In this document: positions 1 through 8,572 of the stretch, piece by piece
How positions within the stretch are numbered: position 1 is the first letter of the stretch
Layout of the letters: every line of letters begins with the position of its first letter
DNA from: Nanobdellota archaeon
GTDB taxonomy: Archaea; Nanobdellota; Nanobdellia; Parvarchaeales; Parvarchaeaceae
DNA: 64,000 nucleotides
Assembly: GCA_021807125.1 (NCBI GenBank)
Contig: JAKAPK010000002.1
Span: 140,253 to 204,252, forward strand
Direction: 5' to 3'
Notes under the pieces: model-generated
Told to the model about the DNA's origin: nothing
What the model saw: only the letters and a program-made list of their open reading frames with translations
The model's database searches: none
Program-made: the position numbers and the translations under genes

Positions 1-412
1 CCTTCTTCAACTTACCTAGCATCGGTAGACTTGCGAGCTTCTGCAATTCCTTTTCGCTTAGCTCTCCACCCTTTGTCGCAGGCTCATTAAGTACGGAAGC
101 GAGTACTTTTGTCGGTTCTTCCTCTGTTTTTAATTTTTTACCCGTAGGGGCCATTTCAAGAACACGAATCTGTTTCTCTTCTTCATCTGGAGATTTAGAA
201 GCTGTGTGAGGAGTTCCTCCCAATATAGGCGTCAACGGCCCGGTAGTTGTCTTTCCTATGACTTTCTCTTTCACCTGTTCACCTGGTTCGGCGGTGCTCT
301 GTATAAGCGATGACAGCCTAGAAATCGCAGAATATATCTCTGAATTATCATTGTAAAGGTTATAAGACACGTTCAGTATATTTTGAACTGCGTCTTTTAT
401 GCCATCTGCCAT
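1..412 (-). CDS. Hypothetical protein, 5' part (runs off window start)
   Basis: Hand translation from ATG at 412: MADGIKDAVQNILNVSYNLYNDNSEIYSAISRLSSLIQSTAEPGEQ..., open to position 1; charged and low complexity. Confidence 0.7.
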   Translation of the reverse strand, partial: MADGIKDAVQNILNVSYNLYNDNSEIYSAISRLSSLIQSTAEPGEQVKEKVIGKTTTGPLTPILGGTPHTASKSPDEEEKQIRVLEMAPTGKKLKTEEEPTKVLASVLNEPATKGGELSEKELQKLASLPMLGKLKK

Positions 413-472
413 ATAAACCTATGTAGGTCGGCGTTTAAATCGTTTATTAGAAGTTCATGCCAATATCGTAAT

Positions 473-1768
473 TTAATACGTTGAATTCGATAACTTGGTT
501 TCTAGAGCAGATATGTATGACAGGCTGCACACTGGCGCAGAATTATTTATAAGAGAGCATATCTGGGCTGTTAATATGTTAGTGGCGCCGAGAACGCTCT
601 CGCCCCATGAACCCTGTGCTGGGTTCTGCATTGAAGCGAGCATTTGCTGCTGTGTTGCAGAAGAAGTATCGTATATACTGAATGCCTGGTTCGGATTTAC
701 TGTAGCCCCGTCGAATACGTACTGGTTGTTTATGTCCATGAACGGCACACCGCCGAATTGGAAATTGTTTATACCGAATCCATCATATTTGCCTGCTAGC
801 GATTTCGTAGCAAAACTTAATACTTCACTTTGTATAACCAAGGGCAAGCCTGTAGAATTCATGAAAAATGAGGAACCTGCCTCGTCAAAAGGTTCAAAGT
901 TAATATAATTAGAAGTATAATACGCACCTGTAAAGAGCCCTGTGGCTACTTGATCACCGCCTGGTGCTACGGCCTGCCCATTTTGGTACACTGGAGAAAT
1001 GCTAACTGACTTTGAGTAAACGCTATCTGAGAAATTAAAAGTAAACGTCGGTATATTATAGTCGTTGGTCGCCGATCTATCATAGAAAAGTTGGCTGAAG
1101 TTACCAAACCTACTAAGCGTAGCTATAAACACATAACGTTGCTGCGCACAAAACGGACAACCCTGTGCACCTATATAAACAAGGCCGACTTTTCCGTTCG
1201 ATTCCAAATGCGGTACACTCGCGTTAGACGGCACTCTGAGAGGGATGACATCATAGTTATTGTCCGGCATTACGAGCACACAGTATCCTGGAAGAGGGCC
1301 CTGCTGCGTAGTTTGGGACGCAAAGCACTGCACATTTCCACTAAGTTGCTGTTCGCCAACAGACTGAAGCTGCGCGGACAGATTTGAAAACACGTCTATC
1401 GAACTCGAGGCACTCTGCCCTATCGGGCCCTGAAAGAAATCTGCTGAGGTAACCGGTGTTATCGGTTTTGAAAGGTTAAGTATATTATAAGGGCCGAAAA
1501 CCAGCCAAAGCACGACTCCGGAGATTATTACTATCCCTATTATGGATGCAAGTATGCGGTTTTCTACCTTGAATAAGCTGTTCTGTTTTTTCAGGACTGA
1601 TTCTTCTTTTACAAGTTCTTTTGGTGCGGATACTTCTTTATGAAGCAATGCCTTTTCCGCTATTATTTCTTTGCCCTCTTCCTCTGCTATTTTTTCAAGA
1701 GCGTGCAGTCTTTTTTCATTTTCTTCAAGCTTGTTTAATATCTTGTCGAGCTTGTTTTCGATATCCAT
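473..1768 (-). CDS. DUF929-family membrane-anchored thioredoxin-like protein with N-terminal coiled coil
   Basis: GAQGCPFCAQQRY...LSRFGNFS...IPTFTF resembles the DUF929 signature; one TM (ILASIIGIVIISGVVLWLVFG). Start moved to MDIENK (1768) because the longer ORF overlaps the RNase P RNA. Confidence 0.75.
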   Translation of the reverse strand: MDIENKLDKILNKLEENEKRLHALEKIAEEEGKEIIAEKALLHKEVSAPKELVKEESVLKKQNSLFKVENRILASIIGIVIISGVVLWLVFGPYNILNLSKPITPVTSADFFQGPIGQSASSSIDVFSNLSAQLQSVGEQQLSGNVQCFASQTTQQGPLPGYCVLVMPDNNYDVIPLRVPSNASVPHLESNGKVGLVYIGAQGCPFCAQQRYVFIATLSRFGNFSQLFYDRSATNDYNIPTFTFNFSDSVYSKSVSISPVYQNGQAVAPGGDQVATGLFTGAYYTSNYINFEPFDEAGSSFFMNSTGLPLVIQSEVLSFATKSLAGKYDGFGINNFQFGGVPFMDINNQYVFDGATVNPNQAFSIYDTSSATQQQMLASMQNPAQGSWGESVLGATNILTAQICSLINNSAPVCSLSYISALETKLSNSTY

Positions 1769-1810
1769 CCATAGTCTATATTTCTTTAGTTTATAAATGT
1801 TATTAGAATA

Positions 1811-2091
1811 TGTGGTGCTGAATAGCCCGTTTTCTGTCGCATTTCGACCAGATTTTACTGGCGTCATTATAATGTGCTACAGCATTCGACTAAGCGCCGG
1901 AAAACCGGTTTGCACCGCGTGCTCCGCCGTTTCATCCTTTACGTCTGCACTCTGCTTTCGCTTCATGGTTGTATGCAGATAAAAGGTTCGTTTCTGTGCG
2001 GTTCGCTACACTTTTGTGTACCACATTGCTATGGACGCTTTTTACGTGAACGGACTTCCTCCTTTAATGGTCTGCTGTATACAGCACCACA
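1811..2091 (-). ncRNA. rnpB: RNase P RNA
   Basis: Minus strand has P1 (UGUGGUGCUG/CAGCACCACA), P2 (UACAGCA/UGCUGUA), P4 (GAGGAAGUCCGUU/AACGGGC), and the conserved ACAGAAA, GGAUGAAACG, GGUGCAA, CGCUUAGUCGAAUG and ACAGAAAACGGGCUAUU segments in the correct order. Confidence 0.93.
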
Positions 2092-2152
2092 TTAATATTG
2101 CAGAAAAGTCTGATATTTATGCTTACAAATTCAAAAAACGCTTACAAGGATT

Positions 2153-2437
2153 ATGGCTATAGATATTATTCCATTAGAAAGATTAAGGAAAAACAACAAA
2201 TTCGATAGAGGGGTCAGCCTAGTAAACAAAGTTAAATCAGACTATCAAACGTCAAAACACATATCTTTTATTGTTGAAAGCGAAAATGGAACGCACAATG
2301 TCATGTATTTCAATGAGAAGGAAGGTGAATTAAAGTGGCAGTGTGACTGCAAGTGGTATACCCTTCAGAATAAATTATGCTCGCACATAATCGCCGTTAA
2401 TCTGTTTCTTATGAAAGGAAAGCATGGTCATGCATAA
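2153..2437 (+). CDS. SWIM zinc-finger protein
   Basis: WQCDCKWY...LCSHIIAV fits the CxC-x(n)-CxH SWIM motif. Confidence 0.8.
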   Translation: MAIDIIPLERLRKNNKFDRGVSLVNKVKSDYQTSKHISFIVESENGTHNVMYFNEKEGELKWQCDCKWYTLQNKLCSHIIAVNLFLMKGKHGHA

Positions 2438-3156
2438 CCATCATAACCGCTCTGCGGCGGAAGTCTACTCGATCTCTTAACATCTACAGAGCAGTCCTTC
2501 TCATAAAGCCTTAGTTCGTGCCACTTCATAAGTTCCGACAGATACCCGATCGCTTTTTTGTTCTCTTCTACGGATAGTTGTAATCTCTTTCCGTCTCTTA
2601 TAAGCCACAATCTTTCGGCAGCCAGCTCTCCGTCATTAAACGTTGTTCTGTAAAGAAGTGATTCATTATCACTTAATTTAGCGAGAAGTATCTTCTGATT
2701 AAACCTAAAGACATATTGACCTGTGCATTCAGAGGCATAGTAAGAAGAAATTATACGGTCAAAGCTTCTTCTTTCACCACCTACGTAAAAGTCCATTTTT
2801 GCATGGGGAGAATCTGACTTAAAGAACAGATTTCTACCCTTTTCATGAAATTCTTTCTGTTTTCCAAGTTCAAGTTTTCCATGTAGTTTGTATATATCGT
2901 AAACTTTCCTTACTTCTTCTTGCGGAAGAAAGCTGAAATCCAGTTTTTGCGAGAATCGTAATGATACGCGCGGGTCTCCTTTAACGCCCAGATGTGACAT
3001 CAGATAATAATAATTCCCGCTGTTCTTATTCCAGTCAAAAAAAGAAACTGCTTCGAGAACACCCGTGTTTTCGTCCCTATTTTTAATCATCACTATTGCT
3101 TTCTCTGCATCGTTCAATCGATTCCCGGACAATATCCTATCGAGTTCTCCTACCAT
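2428..3156 (-). CDS. Hypothetical protein (242 aa)
   Basis: Long ORF with normal composition; no motif recognised. Confidence 0.7.
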   Translation of the reverse strand: MVGELDRILSGNRLNDAEKAIVMIKNRDENTGVLEAVSFFDWNKNSGNYYYLMSHLGVKGDPRVSLRFSQKLDFSFLPQEEVRKVYDIYKLHGKLELGKQKEFHEKGRNLFFKSDSPHAKMDFYVGGERRSFDRIISSYYASECTGQYVFRFNQKILLAKLSDNESLLYRTTFNDGELAAERLWLIRDGKRLQLSVEENKKAIGYLSELMKWHELRLYEKDCSVDVKRSSRLPPQSGYDGYA

Positions 3157-3214
3157 ATTATTATTTTGATATTTACTTATATTAATAACTACTTATTTGT
3201 AATAAATATAAAGT

Positions 3215-3574
3215 TTAAATATAAGAGGGTCTGGTTGCGAAGTCGCTTAAGCCGATCCATGTCTCGTCTTTACCTATCTTTCCCGTTACCCCTCTGTCTA
3301 TAAGACTTTTCAAAGCAGACATCTGCTCTTCGCTTCCATTCCAATTTAGACTTTCATTGTTTGCAAGTGTTATTTTAACATCTACGTGTCTGAAAGCAAT
3401 CATGCTTCTAAAAGAGGATACGAGTTTTGGGTCCGACAGAAATTGCGTGAACAGTTTAAATCCTGAGATATAAACAAATATCTCTTTTATGCCTCCGTTT
3501 TTGAATTTTGGGCTGTCTATCAGCGCAAAATCACTTTGCTTATTTATGAACATATACTCGCTGCCAGATGCCAT
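3215..3574 (-). CDS. Hypothetical protein (119 aa)
   Basis: ORF track; no motif recognised. Confidence 0.6.
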   Translation of the reverse strand: MASGSEYMFINKQSDFALIDSPKFKNGGIKEIFVYISGFKLFTQFLSDPKLVSSFRSMIAFRHVDVKITLANNESLNWNGSEEQMSALKSLIDRGVTGKIGKDETWIGLSDFATRPSYI

Positions 3575-3744
3575 AAGAGGTATAAGATTGACACATTTTA
3601 ATGTTTATTTGCATCAGAAGATAACTTTAAGATAAAGGCGGATTTTGTTTTAAAATCAAAAAATTTGTAGAAATAGCTGCTGTGGGGTTAGATTTATAGA
3701 ATATCGGACAGGTATTATTGTAGATTTAGCTCTACGGGGGCGTT

Positions 3745-4146
3745 ATGTCGAAACTTGAAAAAATAATAGGTCGTGAGCAATCTATTCTCCGCAGAATAGA
3801 AAGCTTCATTTACAACAAATCGTTAAAAAACGGGAAATTTGAATGTTTAGACGGGGAAGGTTACCTTCAGAAACACTCGTTTGAAATCGGAAAATTCTAC
3901 TTTGAGTCAATTGACGAAGACGGCCCTAACGCAAATGGAAGCGAATATCGTATTTCCTATAAAGGGGACATTGTACTTGACTTTTATTCTCCATATTCAC
4001 TTGGACAGTTTCCAGCTCCTAGACCTCATATAGGGACCTATAAAAAGGGGGAGTGGGAATGGGAGCTAGTTAATATGCTACTAGAAGAGCTTCATCCTAT
4101 AACTATATCTTCCCAAGTTTTTGGTGAAGTCACGATAAGACCATAA
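3745..4146 (+). CDS. Hypothetical protein (133 aa)
   Basis: ORF track; no motif recognised. Confidence 0.6.
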   Translation: MSKLEKIIGREQSILRRIESFIYNKSLKNGKFECLDGEGYLQKHSFEIGKFYFESIDEDGPNANGSEYRISYKGDIVLDFYSPYSLGQFPAPRPHIGTYKKGEWEWELVNMLLEELHPITISSQVFGEVTIRP

Positions 4147-4412
4147 CTCTTGTTTTTGAAAGAATCGCAGGAACCCGTACACAAGCCAATCATTAATCAC
4201 AAGAGTGGAAAGATTAGGTCTGGCATAGAATACTGGAAAAGACCAGTGATATCTTACTATATTGCGTCATATATCACAAGGAATCAAAGTTAGAAGGCGG
4301 TACTGACAAGCTTGAACGTAAGCATCTCACATAAGTGACTTCACATCCATGGGCGAAGAAACAAGTAACCTATATGCGTTCATAAATTTCGTGGATTAAT
4401 TTCTGATTGTTA

Positions 4413-5522
4413 CTAAAAAAAGATAGTTATAGGTATCATAGTGACAAACACAGCCGAGATCCCATATAGGATTATTATAGGCAACAAGATGATAAGCACC
4501 AGCATTTTAAAGAATGTCTCTAAAACTGTATAAATCACGCTAAAATACGACGCATGGTATTTTTTCCCAAGCAGTAAGATTTTTTTATACATTGACAGCC
4601 AGAAGGCTTCCAGCAACACGCCGAAACTGAATGATAGGACAAACAAGACGTAATAAGTGTGCGTAAATGCTAGAGTAGCCCAAACAAATAATATTGATAT
4701 TGTACTTAGCACCATAAGTTTATTGTGATCTAAGTCAGCGAACTCGCCAATAATGAGGGGCGTAATAATACCTGCAAATGCAAGAATCGCACCAACTATG
4801 CCTATACTTATGACATTTATGCCAGAAACAAACAAAAAAATCGGCCAAATCGTATAAATGACCTGTGTTTGCATGTTTCGATTCATAATCTGGAATAAGG
4901 TTTTCTTCTTCAGTTTATACCGTCTGAGATATACGCCTAAGCTTCGAATGTCAAACCTCATCTTAAACCGGACCTTTTTAAGGACTAGTAAAGGTAGAAC
5001 CGACAGCGCCACAATCAGAGCTGCCGTGGAAGATAAATAAACAATACCATAAAGCGTTAAGATCACTGCACCAATCACCGGCGGAGCAATAGAAACTGCA
5101 GCTTCGATGGAATCAATTATCCCTGCCTGCAGTCCCTCGTGGTCTTTTTTGGAAATCGTTGTAAAAACGGTGATGTCGTTTATCCAATAAAAGGAATTGC
5201 TAAGACCTGCTAGGAGTGCGATAAAAATGAATATAAAGACACTACGATTTACAAACGGGAGGAGAATAAGAAAAGCTGCCTCTAGCATTAAGCCCATAAA
5301 TAATGCTTTTTTAATTCCGAACTTGTTGCCGAATGCGATTGTGCTAAGTCCAAAAGTGATTGAAAAGAGCATTGTAAGTATAAACCAGGAGATAACCGAT
5401 GCAATACTAAATCCAATCAATAGGAAATACACCGGCAACAGGATGTTTATTAGAGCTTCGCCAAAGAAATAAACGGTTTTATGATGATAGTAGTTAAGTA
5501 AATTAGACTTCTGGTATCCCAT
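4413..5522 (-). CDS. MFS transporter
   Basis: About 12 hydrophobic segments in two halves; FGNKFGIKK loop after TM2 and GEFAD in the second half. Confidence 0.8.
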   Translation of the reverse strand: MGYQKSNLLNYYHHKTVYFFGEALINILLPVYFLLIGFSIASVISWFILTMLFSITFGLSTIAFGNKFGIKKALFMGLMLEAAFLILLPFVNRSVFIFIFIALLAGLSNSFYWINDITVFTTISKKDHEGLQAGIIDSIEAAVSIAPPVIGAVILTLYGIVYLSSTAALIVALSVLPLLVLKKVRFKMRFDIRSLGVYLRRYKLKKKTLFQIMNRNMQTQVIYTIWPIFLFVSGINVISIGIVGAILAFAGIITPLIIGEFADLDHNKLMVLSTISILFVWATLAFTHTYYVLFVLSFSFGVLLEAFWLSMYKKILLLGKKYHASYFSVIYTVLETFFKMLVLIILLPIIILYGISAVFVTMIPITIFF

Positions 5523-5531
5523 AACAATCTT

Positions 5532-6026
5532 CTAAGAGTTTTTACTTACCTTGTTCACACTTTTTTCCAGTCGTCTAATATCCTCAATATCAACTTTTCG
5601 CATAAGCAGTTTCTTGTACTCTATCAGTTTCTTTTTGGATATTATCGGTACATTAATGCCGTAAACGTTTTTCACTGTCCCTTTCTTAAGATTTAACCGA
5701 TAGGGCACCCATTTCCTATTTTTTAGATCATATAGCTTCGTATTATCATTGCCGTAGATGTCTATCATTTGATCTCTATATCTAAGAGTCATCAGCAATA
5801 GATCGTCGTTTCTGTCTATGTAGTGTTTCGGTCCATATACAATGTACTTTTTCACCTTTGGAAATATTCTACCTACATCGTTATCTGGAACACCTATATC
5901 AATATCGGCTAGTCTGCGATGCGAGCCGTAGATCCTAGCAGCGAAACCACCAGCTATCTGAAAAGGTACACTCAGCTCTTTGAGGATGTTTATTATCCAA
6001 ATGAACGCATCCTTTGTCCTTCGCAT
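5532..6026 (-). CDS. Nucleotidyltransferase-fold protein
   Basis: IAGGFAARIYGSHRRLADIDIGV matches the pol-beta superfamily GG...DxD motif. Confidence 0.7.
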   Translation of the reverse strand: MRRTKDAFIWIINILKELSVPFQIAGGFAARIYGSHRRLADIDIGVPDNDVGRIFPKVKKYIVYGPKHYIDRNDDLLLMTLRYRDQMIDIYGNDNTKLYDLKNRKWVPYRLNLKKGTVKNVYGINVPIISKKKLIEYKKLLMRKVDIEDIRRLEKSVNKVSKNS

Positions 6027-6034
6027 AGTTTGAA

Positions 6035-6178
6035 CTAAGGCGACCCGGATTTTTTATTTAATTCTTCTTTTAATAGTCTTTGATATTCTTTGTCTATCCT
6101 CAATGCGTTACGCAGTCGGTTACCAGTATACCGTGCATCGACATAAAAATCTTCAATTTCTACCAACAACTTCTTCAT
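6035..6178 (-). CDS. Small ORF, 47 aa (below ORF-track cutoff)
   Basis: MKKLLVEIEDFYVDARYTGNRLRNALRIDKEYQRLLKEELNKKSGSP*; ends 8 nt before the nucleotidyltransferase ATG. Confidence 0.45.
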   Translation of the reverse strand: MKKLLVEIEDFYVDARYTGNRLRNALRIDKEYQRLLKEELNKKSGSP

Positions 6179-6290
6179 CTTTTATGAAGAGCAGTTCTCA
6201 ATTAAATAACCAACAAAAATAAAAATATACATTTTTAGCCTTATTTCTACAGGAGTAACTTACCGTACACTTCTCTTAAATTAACTACGG

Positions 6291-6599
6291 TTACCTTTTA
6301 GTTTTTGCTTCTTCGAAACGCCCCTTAAAATACGCGTCAAAAATGTTATCTCCAAAAATTGAACGATAATAGCTTTCAGTTATTTCATATGCGCGTTTAC
6401 GGAAATCTGGATCCGATTCTAGCAGCTCTAACAGCTCTTGCTTCACCATCGATTTACTTGCAAATGGGCTCATATAAATCAAGTGCGGTTTTATTTCCGA
6501 TCCGTTGCCTGGTGTTATAAATTGTGTGAGGCAATCTCTTTCGTGAGGCGATAGTCTTAATACATCACATAAGTTAAGTATCCCATTTTTTTCTGTCAT
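6291..6599 (-). CDS. Hypothetical protein (102 aa)
   Basis: Preceded on the minus strand by SD AAAGGAGGT and BRE/TATA GGAAAACTTTATAT. Confidence 0.7.
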   Translation of the reverse strand: MTEKNGILNLCDVLRLSPHERDCLTQFITPGNGSEIKPHLIYMSPFASKSMVKQELLELLESDPDFRKRAYEITESYYRSIFGDNIFDAYFKGRFEEAKTKR

Positions 6600-6733
6600 A
6601 TATTTTTACCTCCTTTTACTTATTATTATCGTTTATAGAAAGGAATTAGTATATAAAGTTTTCCGTACTTTAAAATGGTGAAATTTTAAATAACGTACAC
6701 TTTTTAGCAAATACCACTATCCCCTATAATAAC

Positions 6734-6808
6734 TGCCCCCGGCAGGATTTGAACCTGCGATATTTGGTTTAGGAAACCAACGTTCTGTCCAAGCTAAACT
6801 ACGGGAGC
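6734..6808 (-). tRNA. tRNA-Arg(CCT)
   Basis: Acceptor GCTCCCG/CGGGGGC, anticodon arm TTGGT-TTCCTAA-ACCAA, T arm GCAGG-TTCAAAT-CCTGC; no encoded CCA. Confidence 0.95.
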
Positions 6809-6948
6809 TGTACATAATTGAATAGCACCAAATATTTAAAACGCATGTGTTTATGTAAACTCATTTTAAATGTTTAATATGCATTTTAATTAAATGACTG
6901 GTTTTTATTTTACTTTTATTTTATTGCCTATTTAGATAAATATCAGAT

Positions 6949-7575
6949 ATGGTATCTTTTGTATATTTCGATTTGGGCGGCGTGGTTATTCTTGATTTTA
7001 GTGGAACGGATAAATGGGCTCAACTAAAAAAAGAGTTGGGAATAGCCGCTGATAGGTACGCTGAATTTGATTCATTTTTTAATGAGCGTGAACCGGAAAT
7101 ATGCTCTGGTGTAGATGTAGAAACTCTCCTGCCGGATATAAAAGAAAGATTTGATGTGAGACTGCCGGCAGGTTATTCTCTTTTAGAGGGATTTGTAAAA
7201 CGCTTTGAAGCAAATAAATCGATTTGGCCGATAATCTACAACGCGCACAAAAAATACCGAGTTGGATTACTTACAAACATGTATCCGAATATGTTCAATT
7301 CGATAAATAAACACGGCATTATGCCTGATTTAAAATGGGATGTCATTATCGACTCCAGCATAGAAAGAATACAGAAGCCAGACAAAAAGATTTTTGAGCT
7401 AGGCGAAACGCGTGCAAATATCAAAGGGAACGAGATATTTTTTGTAGACAACAACAAAAAAAACGTAGTTGCTGCGGACAATATAGGGTGGAAAACTTTT
7501 TTGTATGATCCTGCTGACTGCGTCAAGTCTAATAATAACATATCTAAAATATTATTTAGAAACGAAATGTCGTAA
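6949..7575 (+). CDS. HAD-superfamily hydrolase (subfamily IA, YihX-like)
   Basis: YFDLGGV (motif I), LLTN (II), KPDKKIF (III), FFVDNNKKNV (IV). Confidence 0.88.
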   Translation: MVSFVYFDLGGVVILDFSGTDKWAQLKKELGIAADRYAEFDSFFNEREPEICSGVDVETLLPDIKERFDVRLPAGYSLLEGFVKRFEANKSIWPIIYNAHKKYRVGLLTNMYPNMFNSINKHGIMPDLKWDVIIDSSIERIQKPDKKIFELGETRANIKGNEIFFVDNNKKNVVAADNIGWKTFLYDPADCVKSNNNISKILFRNEMS

Positions 7576-7630
7576 AAACACAAAATTTCTGTAATTCATC
7601 GTATTTAATCTAAAAACCGATAAATGAATT

Positions 7631-8572
7631 ATGAAAACCGAAAACTTTATCGAAATGCGGAACGTTTGGTTCTCATACCGCCGAAACGGAGAAGCAGTAA
7701 ACGGCATATCCTTTAACGTAAAAAAAGGTGAAATATTCGGTTTTTTAGGCCCAAATGGCGCTGGAAAAACAACGACAATCCGGTTGATATCGACGATATT
7801 TAAGCCTGATAAAGGGGATTTGAACGTTTTTGGTTTAGACTCAACTAGAAATGGTCTTGAAATACGAAAAAACATCGGTGTAGTTTTACAAAGAGAAAGC
7901 TACGAATATAACATGTCTGTTTTCAGCAATATGTGGGTATATGGAGTTATGCGTGGAATAAAAGCAGAGGAACTCAAGAAAAGAATAAAATATCTACTTA
8001 GAAAATTAAACTTATGGAACAAAAAGTCGCATAAAATGTCAGATCTTTCTCAAGGCCAGAGAAGGCGCGTACAGATAGCGAGAGAATTGTTGCACATACC
8101 AAAGTTACTTATCCTTGATGAGCCGACTATCGGGCTGGACCCGATAGGTAAACGCTGGCTGTTGGATTATTTCAAGAAGCTCGCAAAGAGCGGCACTACA
8201 ATATTTTATACCACCCACATACTAAACGAAGCAGAATATTTGTGCGACCGAATTGCAATAATAAATCACGGAAAGATAGTTAAGATTGGCCGGTCTGAAG
8301 ATCTAAAAAGAAGCATAGAAAAGAAGAAATTCTTTGAGGTGGAAGTCAACTCAAACCAAGACAAGCTCGTTGAAATCTTAAAATCTTATAATATCCGTAT
8401 AGAATCCAGAAATGGAAAAGCCATAGCTATAAGCTCGAATAACATCGACGATGTTATAAGCGCCCTAAACAAATTCAAAAGCTCTGCTCATAATTCCATC
8501 GAACGCATAAGCAGCAGACACGTATCTCTGGAAGATATGTTTATAGAATTATTAGGTGATGAACATGAATAG
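7631..8572 (+). CDS. ABC-2 type transporter ATP-binding protein (DrrA-like)
   Basis: Walker A GPNGAGKT, signature LSQGQ, Walker B LILDEPT, H-loop YTTH. Confidence 0.93.
   Translation: MKTENFIEMRNVWFSYRRNGEAVNGISFNVKKGEIFGFLGPNGAGKTTTIRLISTIFKPDKGDLNVFGLDSTRNGLEIRKNIGVVLQRESYEYNMSVFSNMWVYGVMRGIKAEELKKRIKYLLRKLNLWNKKSHKMSDLSQGQRRRVQIARELLHIPKLLILDEPTIGLDPIGKRWLLDYFKKLAKSGTTIFYTTHILNEAEYLCDRIAIINHGKIVKIGRSEDLKRSIEKKKFFEVEVNSNQDKLVEILKSYNIRIESRNGKAIAISSNNIDDVISALNKFKSSAHNSIERISSRHVSLEDMFIELLGDEHE

Noticed and set aside
1769-2095. ORF-track extension of the DUF929 gene to 1867 and plus-strand ORFs 1797-1982 and 1874-2095
   Set aside because: They overlap the RNase P RNA, whose helices explain the sequence; no protein motifs.
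4147-4335. Frame of the 133-aa ORF stays open about 48 codons past its TAA
   Set aside because: No motif or independent support; an open stretch this long can occur by chance.
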